Shown here: one piece after another, positions 40,765 through 50,327 of the stretch
How positions within the stretch are numbered: the stretch's first letter is position 1
Layout: each line of letters opens with the position of its first letter
Source of the DNA: Bacteroidota bacterium
GTDB lineage: Bacteria > Bacteroidota > Bacteroidia > NORP154
Direction of reading: 5' to 3'
Length of the DNA: 64,000 nucleotides
Assembly (NCBI GenBank): GCA_043811005.1
Contig: JBDRNO010000145.1
Span: 6,008-70,007 of the forward strand
Translations under genes and position numbers: made by a program
The notes under the pieces: model-generated
Databases searched by the model: none
The model's input: only the letters and a program-made list of their open reading frames with translations
Told to the model about the DNA's origin: nothing

Positions 40765-42894
40765 TTGGGATTGAGGGGGATGAAAAAGACAATATATCAG
40801 ACGAAAAAGATACTCTATATAATTACTGTTGCTAGCTTAATGCTTAATACAGAGGCCCTTGCCCAAAACGTTGAATTCAAAGCGTCTAATTTCAAGGACA
40901 GAAAGGAAGAATTCAAAGTAGCGGTCAGTAACATTAAAGCAGGAGATGAATATTTGGAAGCTTCCAATGAAGCTGTTGCATTGGTAAAAAGCCCTGGCGA
41001 TGCATTTAAAAATGCATTGAAATTATTTTTAAACGCAAACGATTTCAACTCAAATAGCGCTATGCTCAACATGAAGATAGGTAATTGCTATTTATATACA
41101 AATGAAAAATTCAGGGCAAAAGAATACTTGGACAAATCTTTAAGGTTGGATAATGATGTTGATCCTATGCTTCATTTTTATTTAGGACAGTCATTTCAAC
41201 TGAACTATGAATTTGATAAAGCCATTGAACATTATAAAATATTTGAAGAAATCGCTAAAAATAAATATGTTGAAGAATACAAAAAGCTTACCACAAAATA
41301 TAAAGAAGAGTGCAAATCAGCTAAGGAGTTGATTCAAGACCCTCAAAGAGTTTGGGTTGATAATCTTGATAACATAAACACTTCCCGGGACGATTACAGC
41401 CCCTGTATTTCGGCAGACGGAGAACTTTTGATATTTACCTCCCGGAGGAAAAATTCCCATCAGCCAAATGGCCTGGGCGAATATGATTCCGATATTTATA
41501 CCTCTGCTTTAAAAGATGAGAAATGGTTGATGCCTGTAAATATGGGGAGCCCTCTAAATACAGAAGCTGACGAAACTGCTTCAGGATTATCCTATGATGG
41601 TCAAAGAATGTTGCTGTTCAAGGTAGAGAATAACAATGCTGATGTTTATGAAAGCGTGCTTAACGGAATAGAATGGAGCACTCCGAAAAGAAAAATGTCA
41701 AGTGTTAATAATACGGAAAAAAATGAGACCTATGCAAGTTACGAACCCCAGGATATAAAGGTTTATTATATAAACGATGGCGGTTTTAGGGGGGATAATG
41801 AAATATACTTTAGCGGTGTAATGGTTTATACAGTGGCAAGCTATAGGCCTTGGGGTAAAGGACAAAGTGTGGGACATAAGATAAATACCCATTTCCATGA
41901 AGGTTCTGTATTTATTCATCCTGACGGACAAACCATGTATTTTAGCTCTCAGGGACATAATTCAATGGGTGGTTATGATATATTTATATCAGTAAAAGAT
42001 AAATTAGCTCAATGGTCAATTCCAGTCAATTTAGGTTATCCGATCAATACTCCTTACGATGACCTGTTCTTTGCAGCGACAGCCAATGGCAAACATGCCT
42101 ATATTGCATCGAATCGTGATGGAGGTAAAGGGGGAATGGACATTTATAAAGTTACTTTCTGGGGACCTAAAAAACCAATATTGATTGACACTGAAGATTA
42201 TCTTTTAGCGAGCATTGCGGAACCAGTAAAAGATGTCCACATCGAAAAAGCAGTTGTGGTTGAAAGGAGAAGCTTGACCGTATTTAAAGGGAGAGTTATT
42301 GACGCTATTTCAAGGAAACCGGTGGAGGCGTCTATTGAAATAACGGATAATTTAAAAGGAGAGGTGATACAAATTCTTAAGTCAAACAGCGTAACCGGCA
42401 AGTTTTTGCTTTCACTTCCTTCGGGACTGAATTATGGAATTGCTGTTAAGGCAGAAGGTTATCTGTTCCATTCTGAAAATTTTGATATTCCCGAGTACAG
42501 TGAATTTAATATGGTAAATAAGGATATAGAATTAAAGAATATAGTTGTAGGCAGCAAAATCACCCTTAAAAATATTTTCTTTGCTTTCGCAAAAGCCGAC
42601 CTGACACCCGCTTCAAACATGGAATTGAGCCGTTTAGAAAAATTGCTTAATGAAATACCCACCCTGAAAATAGAAATCTCGGGGCATACGGATAATACCG
42701 GCTCAAAGGAATTTAACCTTAAACTGTCTGATGAAAGAGCCAAAGTTGTTGTTGAGTATTTGATCCAAAAGGGAATTAATGCTTCAAGATTGACAGCCAA
42801 AGGATATGGTCAGTTAAGACCTGTTGATACCAATGATACCTCCGAAGGCAGGCAGCAGAACAGGAGAACGGAGTTTGAGATAGTGGGGAATTAG
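40765..42894 (+). CDS. TPR + PD40 + carboxypeptidase-regulatory + OmpA domain protein (PorE-like architecture)
   Basis: PD40 motifs (SPCISADG, GGYDIF, NLGYPINT), EISGHTD, LSDERA, NRRTEF. Confidence 0.9.
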   Translation: MGLRGMKKTIYQTKKILYIITVASLMLNTEALAQNVEFKASNFKDRKEEFKVAVSNIKAGDEYLEASNEAVALVKSPGDAFKNALKLFLNANDFNSNSAMLNMKIGNCYLYTNEKFRAKEYLDKSLRLDNDVDPMLHFYLGQSFQLNYEFDKAIEHYKIFEEIAKNKYVEEYKKLTTKYKEECKSAKELIQDPQRVWVDNLDNINTSRDDYSPCISADGELLIFTSRRKNSHQPNGLGEYDSDIYTSALKDEKWLMPVNMGSPLNTEADETASGLSYDGQRMLLFKVENNNADVYESVLNGIEWSTPKRKMSSVNNTEKNETYASYEPQDIKVYYINDGGFRGDNEIYFSGVMVYTVASYRPWGKGQSVGHKINTHFHEGSVFIHPDGQTMYFSSQGHNSMGGYDIFISVKDKLAQWSIPVNLGYPINTPYDDLFFAATANGKHAYIASNRDGGKGGMDIYKVTFWGPKKPILIDTEDYLLASIAEPVKDVHIEKAVVVERRSLTVFKGRVIDAISRKPVEASIEITDNLKGEVIQILKSNSVTGKFLLSLPSGLNYGIAVKAEGYLFHSENFDIPEYSEFNMVNKDIELKNIVVGSKITLKNIFFAFAKADLTPASNMELSRLEKLLNEIPTLKIEISGHTDNTGSKEFNLKLSDERAKVVVEYLIQKGINASRLTAKGYGQLRPVDTNDTSEGRQQNRRTEFEIVGN

Positions 42895-42934
42895 TGTCTT
42901 ATTTTGTGCCATCTTGCTAAATTCTCATTATTTA

Positions 42935-43894
42935 TCACCCCCTCTGAACAAGAAACCCGATATAACCCGCATAAATCAACAGGAACACAATCCCGTTCCA
43001 TCTTTCAATAACATTCTTTTTCCCAAACGGCATTACTATAATCAGCAAAGCGCTTGAAAAAACAACCATTAAAATATCCGTGTTGCTCAAAACATCAAAT
43101 GGCAAAGGATTAATAACCGCACTCACACCCAGCACCCAAAGCAAATTGAAAATATTGGAGCCAACAACATTCCCGATAGCAATATCTGCGTTTCGTCTGT
43201 ACGCAGCCATTGCCGAAGTAACCAGTTCCGGCAGGGATGTCCCTACTGCTACAATCGTCAAACCTATAAAACTTTCACTCAAACCAAACAACCGGGCAAT
43301 CTCAACACCACCTTCAACCACCCATTTGCCCCCCAAAAACATACCCACGATACCAAAAACAATAAACACAACTGATTTACCCAATGGTAGTTCTTTAATT
43401 TTGCTATTGTTTCCCTTTCTATTGTTTTCTTTAGAAACCTTGAAAATATAAGCCATAAACAAAAGGAAAAACCCCAACAAAATCACTCCGTCATACCTGC
43501 TTATTGTTAAATACTCACCTTCATTAAACAGTGAGGCATTGGCAATAAACCCTACCAGCAAAGCAGCAGAAAGAGAAAAGGGAATCTCCGACAAAACCGT
43601 ATTCCTTTGTATCGGCAAATTACAAATCAATGCCGACACGCCTAATATCAAAAGAATATTCGCAATATTACTGCCGAACACATTACCAATCGCTATGTCA
43701 GCACTGCCGTTAATGCTTGCGATAATATTGACAATTAATTCCGGTGCAGAAGTACCGAATGACACAATGGTTAAACCAACAACAAGGTCAGAAACATTGA
43801 ACCTTTTGGCAACAGAAGCAGAACCACTCACTAAAATGTCTGCCCCTTTTATTAAAATGACAAACCCGGCAACAAATAAAATATACGTCAGCAT
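42935..43894 (-). CDS. Calcium/sodium antiporter (YrbG family)
   Basis: Two alpha repeats: GTSAPE..GNVFGSN and GTSLPE..GNVVGSN. Confidence 0.93.
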   Translation of the reverse strand: MLTYILFVAGFVILIKGADILVSGSASVAKRFNVSDLVVGLTIVSFGTSAPELIVNIIASINGSADIAIGNVFGSNIANILLILGVSALICNLPIQRNTVLSEIPFSLSAALLVGFIANASLFNEGEYLTISRYDGVILLGFFLLFMAYIFKVSKENNRKGNNSKIKELPLGKSVVFIVFGIVGMFLGGKWVVEGGVEIARLFGLSESFIGLTIVAVGTSLPELVTSAMAAYRRNADIAIGNVVGSNIFNLLWVLGVSAVINPLPFDVLSNTDILMVVFSSALLIIVMPFGKKNVIERWNGIVFLLIYAGYIGFLVQRG

Positions 43895-44349
43895 TGTGCT
43901 TTATCCTTTTTAAAAACCAACTTATAAAATCCATAACCCGTTATTACTCCAGTTAGATTCAATATCACATCATCAATATCCGTAATCCTGTTTGATGCAA
44001 ATAAAAACTGCCCCCCCTCAATAAAAAGAGAAACACCCAAACCGATAAGTATTACTTTCACCAAACCCGATAATCTAACATCTAATAAAGGAACGATAAA
44101 CCCCAACGGAATGAACATTAAAATATTCCCGATTAGATTTTTAATATTGGAAGTGCTAAACTCATACTCCATCCCCACGCTTATGTATTGATGAATGCTT
44201 TTAAAAGGAATAAAAATAAATGCTTGCGGTTTATTGGCATCTGTCGGAAATACTGTTATCTTAATCAAAACCAGCAGGTAAAAGAAAAATAACACAAGCC
44301 ATAATCCCTGTCTTAAAGATATTTTTGTCCCTTGCTTTTTATCTATCAT
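43888..44349 (-). CDS. VanZ family membrane protein
   Basis: GNILMFIPLG, SLFIE..Q, DIDDVILN..G. Confidence 0.9.
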   Translation of the reverse strand: MIDKKQGTKISLRQGLWLVLFFFYLLVLIKITVFPTDANKPQAFIFIPFKSIHQYISVGMEYEFSTSNIKNLIGNILMFIPLGFIVPLLDVRLSGLVKVILIGLGVSLFIEGGQFLFASNRITDIDDVILNLTGVITGYGFYKLVFKKDKAQC

Positions 44350-44390
44350 AAAGGCAATAATTGTTATTTTCTCATTCTTTACCCGTTAAG

Positions 44391-44651
44391 TTATAAGCTA
44401 TTCACAAACAAAACCATAAAATAAAAAATAAAATAAAAAGCAAGCAGCACATATACGGTAATTTCAGAATAGGTATTCTTTTTAGGTGAAGTGCTTTTAA
44501 CCAGAAAATAAACAGATATAATATAAAGGAAAAGTGCTGTAAGCAACATAGGTATCACAAGTATATGGGGCAGTGCCACCGCTATATGAAAAAGTGATAT
44601 AGAAAGGGGAATAAAACTGATATACAGAAACAACTTGCTTTTTTTATACAT
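44391..44651 (-). CDS. Small hypothetical membrane protein
   Basis: Three hydrophobic segments, co-oriented with neighbours. Confidence 0.55.
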   Translation of the reverse strand: MYKKSKLFLYISFIPLSISLFHIAVALPHILVIPMLLTALFLYIISVYFLVKSTSPKKNTYSEITVYVLLAFYFIFYFMVLFVNSL

Positions 44652-44785
44652 AATTCAAATTTTTAGAGTTATTATTAATTGCTTTTATTATAGATTTTAC
44701 ATTACAGCAAAATACTGATACCTGCTTTTCCCCACACTTTTTTACTTATTACCTGTCGCTAATTCCTTAATATTAAATTCATCAT

Positions 44786-45334
44786 TTACTGATGCCTGCC
44801 CGTTGTCCTTATACGCCCCTTATATCCGTTCAGCAAATTATTAATATGTGATAACAATATTTTACATTCAAATTCATCAAGCTCTATTCCAAAATCAAGC
44901 ATCTTGTTACCATCACTTACTCTGAAAACGCCCTTTTTTCTCAGCCCCTTCCAACTCCATTTGTCTGACTTATTCATATAAACATCAATTGAGTTATTGA
45001 GTACGATATGCTTTTCTTTAGAAGCATACAGCCCATAACTTCTTTTAACATAAAGGCAATTATCCCTAACTTCAATCAATTCTTCTCCAAATAAATACCA
45101 CAGCCATATTCTCATCATTATTACAACTCCAAGTGCTAAAAATGCAGGTAACATCATTGGATGATAACCCGACCTGTTATAAATCAGGTAAGCCAAATAA
45201 ACCCCGCTTAATATTGCCCCGGCTAAACAAATAATAAAAACCCCGTTACCCAGCCAGAATTTCCTTGCCATAATACGGATTCTAATTCCATTATCTCTGT
45301 TGTCAATATTAATCCTTAAGTTTTCTCCTGACAT
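44786..45334 (-). CDS. Hypothetical protein, two TM helices plus soluble domain
   Basis: Two TM segments followed by W.LFGEE.I and a beta-rich tail. Confidence 0.65.
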   Translation of the reverse strand: MSGENLRINIDNRDNGIRIRIMARKFWLGNGVFIICLAGAILSGVYLAYLIYNRSGYHPMMLPAFLALGVVIMMRIWLWYLFGEELIEVRDNCLYVKRSYGLYASKEKHIVLNNSIDVYMNKSDKWSWKGLRKKGVFRVSDGNKMLDFGIELDEFECKILLSHINNLLNGYKGRIRTTGRHQ

Positions 45335-45347
45335 ATTTTGTAATATT

Positions 45348-45449
45348 TCATCCGGTCATCATCACAGCAAGAATAAAACACACTATGACAAGTATTAAAA
45401 TAATTACTATCCTATATATAAGCACAGGTACTTTTTTCTTATTTCTCAT
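45348..45449 (-). CDS. Possible 33-aa single-pass membrane protein
   Basis: Manual translation MRNKKKVPVLIYRIVIILILVIVCFILAVMMTG*; fills the gap after the kinase. Confidence 0.4.
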   Translation of the reverse strand: MRNKKKVPVLIYRIVIILILVIVCFILAVMMTG

Positions 45450-45472
45450 CGCTGTTTTTATTTTATTCATTC

Positions 45473-46741
45473 CTACTCATAATCACCGGCATTAAAACTA
45501 ACCTTCAACACGTGAATATGCCCCTTCACCTCATAAGTAACCCCAAACCCGTACAAATCACAAATCTGCTTAACTATTGACAGCCCAAGTCCTGTCGAAT
45601 CCTCCGCTTTGCTCTGCTTTGCAAATTTTTCAAACATCAGTTCAGCAGGTGCTTCTAATCCCTCACCCGTATTGGCAATCTCAAGCGTTGAATCAACCAT
45701 TTTAATATTAATTAATCCGCTCTTTATATTATGTCTAACTGAATTTTGAATCAAGTTATTTATCAGTATTTCTGCCAGCACAGGGCTCATTTGAATCTCT
45801 AACGGCTCTTTAAATTCTTTAGACAATTTAATGTATTTAGAATTGATTTGTTCCGTATAGCCATCTGATACATCTTCAATCAATGATATTAATTTCACAT
45901 TCTCAACGTCTGTAAACTGCCTGTTCTCTATTTTTGAAAGCAGCAATATGGATTTATTCAGCTTTGAAAGCTGGGCTGCTGTATCATTAACACTCTGGAT
46001 TAGCTCCATCTCTTTTTTAGTTAAATTGTCATACTGTATCAGTTCCTCTAATGTAGCATTAATTACAGCCAAAGGTGTTTGTATTTCGTGCGATACATTA
46101 TCAATAAACTGCTTCTGGTTCTTATAATCATTTTGTATTCTAAACATCATATCACCTGCAACCTTGTTCAATTCATTAAATTCCTCAATTGCTGTATCAT
46201 TAAATGCAATTTCCCTTTTATCATCCAGTTTATATCTTTTCAACTTATTAAGTATATCATAAAAAGGGTCCCACAAACTTTTTGAAATTCGCCTGTTAAT
46301 AATCACAAAGCAAAGCGTCAGCAATCCAAACAATAAAACTCCTATGATAATGATCCCGTATATCAAATCATCCGATTCAACCAGCGACCTGCTTATAATA
46401 ATTTCATAAAACTCACCTTTTACCATAATTGAACCATACAACTGCCTGTACGGTTCTTCTTCTTCCTCAATAGGGTCATAAATGGAAATATTCCTGAATT
46501 GGTCTTGAATATACCTGTTTTTAGAGATTTCCTTTATGTGATATTCTTTCATCAGGTTAGAAGGAATACTCTCCGATTCTTTTAATTGACTGGTAACCTC
46601 CTCTTTTTCCGCTAAAAGCGATTCCTCTACCTTTGCAGTTATTATCCATACCAGCAAATAATAAAAAATACATGCACATACAATAAATACAGGAATAGCA
46701 ATTGAAAGGTACAGTTTGGTTGTTTTATTCAGTAATTTCAT
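45473..46741 (-). CDS. Sensor histidine kinase
   Basis: Two TM helices, SHEIQTPL H-box, NLIQNS N-box, GLGLSIV. Confidence 0.95.
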   Translation of the reverse strand: MKLLNKTTKLYLSIAIPVFIVCACIFYYLLVWIITAKVEESLLAEKEEVTSQLKESESIPSNLMKEYHIKEISKNRYIQDQFRNISIYDPIEEEEEPYRQLYGSIMVKGEFYEIIISRSLVESDDLIYGIIIIGVLLFGLLTLCFVIINRRISKSLWDPFYDILNKLKRYKLDDKREIAFNDTAIEEFNELNKVAGDMMFRIQNDYKNQKQFIDNVSHEIQTPLAVINATLEELIQYDNLTKKEMELIQSVNDTAAQLSKLNKSILLLSKIENRQFTDVENVKLISLIEDVSDGYTEQINSKYIKLSKEFKEPLEIQMSPVLAEILINNLIQNSVRHNIKSGLINIKMVDSTLEIANTGEGLEAPAELMFEKFAKQSKAEDSTGLGLSIVKQICDLYGFGVTYEVKGHIHVLKVSFNAGDYE

Positions 46742-47415
46742 TATGTAATAAATTTATACCCGATTCCGTAAATATTTTTTAAATAATTCCCGCATCCCTT
46801 ATCAACAAGTTTTTTTCGCAGGTTTTTTATTTGCGCATAAATAAAATCGTACGAACTTGCCATATCCATATAATCCCCCCACAGCCGCTCTGAAATAGAA
46901 CTTTTTTTTACCACTCTGTTCTTATTGGTAATCAAATATATTAATAGCTCATATTCCTTTGGTGTTAAAACCACCGGTTCGTCATTCACATAAACACTGT
47001 GTGAATTCAAATCAATCTTAATCTCGTTATGTTTAATAATATTAGACCCCTCAAAACATTTCCTGCGTATCACCGCCTTTACCCGTGCATTCAGTTCTGA
47101 TAAATGAAACGGCTTTGTCAGGTAATCATCACTGCCCAGTTCCAACCCCTTTATCTTATCATCCAGCGCATCCTTTGCCGAAATAATGATTATGCCCGTT
47201 TTCTTATCCTTTTCTTTCAGTTCCTTAATCAAATCCAGCCCGCTGCCGTCTGGCAGCATTATATCAACTATCACGCAGTCATACTCATTCAAATAAATCT
47301 TTTCTGAAGCATCCCCATAATCCACTGAAATATCACATACATAGTTCTCCCTCTTAAAGTAATTCAATATAGAATCCAGCAGCTTTTTTTGGTCCTCTAC
47401 TATTAAAATTTTCAT
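46741..47415 (-). CDS. OmpR-family response regulator
   Basis: ILIVED, DIMLPDGSG, DDYLTKPF, winged helix ending GIGYK. Confidence 0.96.
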   Translation of the reverse strand: MKILIVEDQKKLLDSILNYFKRENYVCDISVDYGDASEKIYLNEYDCVIVDIMLPDGSGLDLIKELKEKDKKTGIIIISAKDALDDKIKGLELGSDDYLTKPFHLSELNARVKAVIRRKCFEGSNIIKHNEIKIDLNSHSVYVNDEPVVLTPKEYELLIYLITNKNRVVKKSSISERLWGDYMDMASSYDFIYAQIKNLRKKLVDKGCGNYLKNIYGIGYKFIT

Positions 47416-47426
47416 ATCTGTATCAA

Positions 47427-47672
47427 TTAATTATTTTCATTCAGCGCTTTCTCAACATAAGCAACCGCATCCCCAACCGTATGCAGCCCTTTCGCATCTT
47501 CATCTGTAATGGAAATATTAAATTCAATCCTAAGCTCAAGGATAAGATCTATAATATCAAGATTATCCAAACCCAGATCATTTCCAAGATTTAATTCAGG
47601 CGTGATCTTGCTTTCATCTATATCAGTTATTTTCGCAATAATCGCCTTTACTTTTTTTTCTATATCTGTCAT
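47427..47672 (-). CDS. Acyl carrier protein homologue with Asn in place of the phosphopantetheine Ser
   Basis: KVKAII..DLGLDNLD..EFNISI.DEDA..L.TVGDAV.Y aligns by eye to AcpP. Confidence 0.85.
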   Translation of the reverse strand: MTDIEKKVKAIIAKITDIDESKITPELNLGNDLGLDNLDIIDLILELRIEFNISITDEDAKGLHTVGDAVAYVEKALNENN

Positions 47673-47683
47673 AACTGTTAAAA

Positions 47684-48196
47684 TTAAAATTTAATTTTAT
47701 TAAACCTTGCTTTCTCCGAAAACACCCCCTCACTTAACATCCTTTCCAATTCAGCTTTGCCCGGGTTAATAATATAACCCTCTATTTTCCCTGTATCAGA
47801 AGTAGAATACACCTCCTTTACATTGGTAATTTTTTTCAACATTTCTATTTTCACTGCATTATCACCATCAATCGCCCATAAAAGCAAATCATTGCCCTTT
47901 ACTTCACCCACAAGCAATCTCCACAAACTATCTCTCCTCTCATTCAAAAAATAATAATTACCCCCCTTTTTTAGAATCAGATTTTCCGACAATTCCCCCT
48001 CTTTATAATCCTCATACCTGAATGATATATCATTAATCACCAGGGTATCGTTATTCTTATCAACATAACTTCCCTGCAAATTCCCCGGAAACATCTTTTC
48101 ACTACCCGTTCCCGGTGGTTGAGGTTCAGCAAACCAAACTTCAGTGCAAGAACATATTAAAACAAATAAAATCAAATATAGTATTGACTGTTTCAT
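47684..48196 (-). CDS. Hypothetical lipoprotein
   Basis: Lipobox ICSC then V.F.EPQP. Confidence 0.75.
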   Translation of the reverse strand: MKQSILYLILFVLICSCTEVWFAEPQPPGTGSEKMFPGNLQGSYVDKNNDTLVINDISFRYEDYKEGELSENLILKKGGNYYFLNERRDSLWRLLVGEVKGNDLLLWAIDGDNAVKIEMLKKITNVKEVYSTSDTGKIEGYIINPGKAELERMLSEGVFSEKARFNKIKF

Positions 48197-48339
48197 TTTA
48201 AAAAAAGTTAAAACACAAATTAAACAATCAATACTGTAGAAAATTTGAAATTCTTTTCAAGAAAAAAACAATAAATTGCAAAATTTCAATATTTCTACAG
48301 AATCACATTTTATCTTTATCTCAAATTAAATTTATTATT

Positions 48340-48561
48340 ATGAAAAAATTAGCTTTAATCACATTGGTAGCATTTGCCTTTGCATCATGTGATACCATAA
48401 CCGAAAAATCTAAAGAAAACGAAGAAGAAGTCGTAATAGAGGTCAAAGAAGAAGCAGGAAAATTGCCTGAAAAGATAGAAGAACAAAAGGCAATAAAAGA
48501 CACCACAGCCAATGCCCCGGCTGATACGGTAAAACAAGAGGCAAAAAAACAAGAAAATTGA
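48340..48561 (+). CDS. Small low-complexity lipoprotein
   Basis: MKKLALITLVAFAFASC lipobox, Glu/Lys-rich tail. Confidence 0.75.
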   Translation: MKKLALITLVAFAFASCDTITEKSKENEEEVVIEVKEEAGKLPEKIEEQKAIKDTTANAPADTVKQEAKKQEN

Positions 48562-48745
48562 AATTCCAAACCACAATGCTCTTATGTAATTCTTTTATCG
48601 TTTTTTAGGAATAAATTTTTGAATTTTAGATAAAAGACATTAGTTTTGTCATGACAATAATGTTCCGGCATATTTTATACGTATCGGAATTTCAATGTCT
48701 ATGGCTTGATAATTACTAATTTTATTATATTTCACATATTTTTGG

Positions 48746-48814
48746 AGTCGGCAGGCCACAGTCAGCAGTCCGCAATTTTCATTTTTGCCGACTGAGGATT
48801 GCCGACTGCCGACT
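48746..48814. repeat. Gene-less inverted heptamer arrays
   Basis: agtcggc aggccac agtcagc agtccgc ... tgccgac tgaggat tgccgac tgccgac. Confidence 0.75.
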
Positions 48815-48931
48815 ATTTTTAATAATGCACAAATATTAGATTAAAACTTTTTTAATAAATTTACGAAGTTAAATTCTTAATGACATTTGCCGGGATATTT
48901 ATAAATATTTAACCTAAAAAATCAAAGAGCT

Positions 48932-50155
48932 ATGAAAAAAATTTACTTATCATTAACAGCAACACTGGTTAGCTGTATTTTTATGGTTAATTGCAGTTAC
49001 GCTCAAATAGCGAGTTTTTGGGCGAGCAGTGGATGTAATGCTACCGACACAGTTACATTCTCAAATTACTCTTCAGGAGCAACTACGTATTTTTGGGATT
49101 TTGGCGATGGCGGAACATCTACTCTTATGAATCCGACACATAACTATTCAAGCGCAGGCATATACAGTGTTATGCTGGTTGCTGCTGATATAGATTCTGA
49201 TACATCAATACAAGATGTAATAGTCCCTGCCGGACCTTATTCCATTTCCGGACAAGCTACGATTGATAGTGCAGGCGCAGAGAATGCACTGATTACACTT
49301 TATTATGATAACGGTAGTGTGGGTCAGTGGACAGTGTTAACAACAACATACGCTGATTATATGGGCTATTATTATTTTGATGGGGGATTATTACAGGGAA
49401 ATTATATCATAATGGCTGACCCTGATACTCTAATGTACCCGAATGCAATCCCTACTTATTACATGTCAACACACAGGTGGGATTTAGCAGAAGTAGTTAA
49501 TGCCGGCTGTTATGATGAGATATCATCTGCAAATATTTCTATAGTTAGCTTACCGCCATTGACCGGAACATCAGACCTTTCGGGCACAATGCAAGCTGCT
49601 GTAAAAAAAGCCGATCCGGTTCCCGGGGTAAATATATCATTAGAGCAGGTGCCCGGGAGCGTTGTTGCATCGGATAAAACTGACAACGATGGCAACTTTT
49701 CGTTTACCAATGTACCTCAGGGAAATTTTACTCTTCGCGTAAGCATACCCGGAATGGAAATGACATCAACTTATAATATTGACCTGACTTCTGATGATTC
49801 TACTATTGCAGGGCTTGATTTCGCAGTGGGAGATTCAACAATTATTGCCACCGGTCCCGGATCTACAGGAAAAGAAATAATCATTGCCAATTTGTTCAAT
49901 ATCAAAATTTACCCAAATCCATATAAGGAATTCACAACTTTTGAATATACCCTGGAAAAAGAGAATAGTGTAACCATTGAGGTGTATAATATGTTGGGTG
50001 AGTTAGTTTTCAGCGAGCAGGAAAAAGGACAGGCAGCCGGAACCTATAAGACAAGATTCAGCGCCAAAGAGTTGGGAGAAGCACCGGGAGTATATACCGC
50101 AAAAATAAAGGTAGGCAATAACGTGTATTCAACTTCGCTTCTGGAGCTTAGATAG
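48932..50155 (+). CDS. T9SS type A secreted PKD / carboxypeptidase-regulatory-like domain protein
   Basis: Signal peptide, WDFGDG, TDNDGNFSF, IYPNP CTD. Confidence 0.85.
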   Translation: MKKIYLSLTATLVSCIFMVNCSYAQIASFWASSGCNATDTVTFSNYSSGATTYFWDFGDGGTSTLMNPTHNYSSAGIYSVMLVAADIDSDTSIQDVIVPAGPYSISGQATIDSAGAENALITLYYDNGSVGQWTVLTTTYADYMGYYYFDGGLLQGNYIIMADPDTLMYPNAIPTYYMSTHRWDLAEVVNAGCYDEISSANISIVSLPPLTGTSDLSGTMQAAVKKADPVPGVNISLEQVPGSVVASDKTDNDGNFSFTNVPQGNFTLRVSIPGMEMTSTYNIDLTSDDSTIAGLDFAVGDSTIIATGPGSTGKEIIIANLFNIKIYPNPYKEFTTFEYTLEKENSVTIEVYNMLGELVFSEQEKGQAAGTYKTRFSAKELGEAPGVYTAKIKVGNNVYSTSLLELR

Positions 50156-50179
50156 GTATAGAGATAACATAAATTTTGT

Positions 50180-50207
50180 AAAAACGCCTTCTTTGGAGGC
50201 GTTTTTT
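50180..50207 (+). terminator. Rho-independent terminator
   Basis: aaaaacgccttc-ttt-ggaggcgtttttt. Confidence 0.8.
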
Positions 50208-50327
50208 ATTTGTTCATATAGACAAAACAGGTTCTTTTTATATTTAACTCAACTCTAAATAATTTCTTTTTTTAATCAAATTACAAAGTTATGTTCTTAT
50301 TTTAGCAAGCTATAAATACTGCGAATA

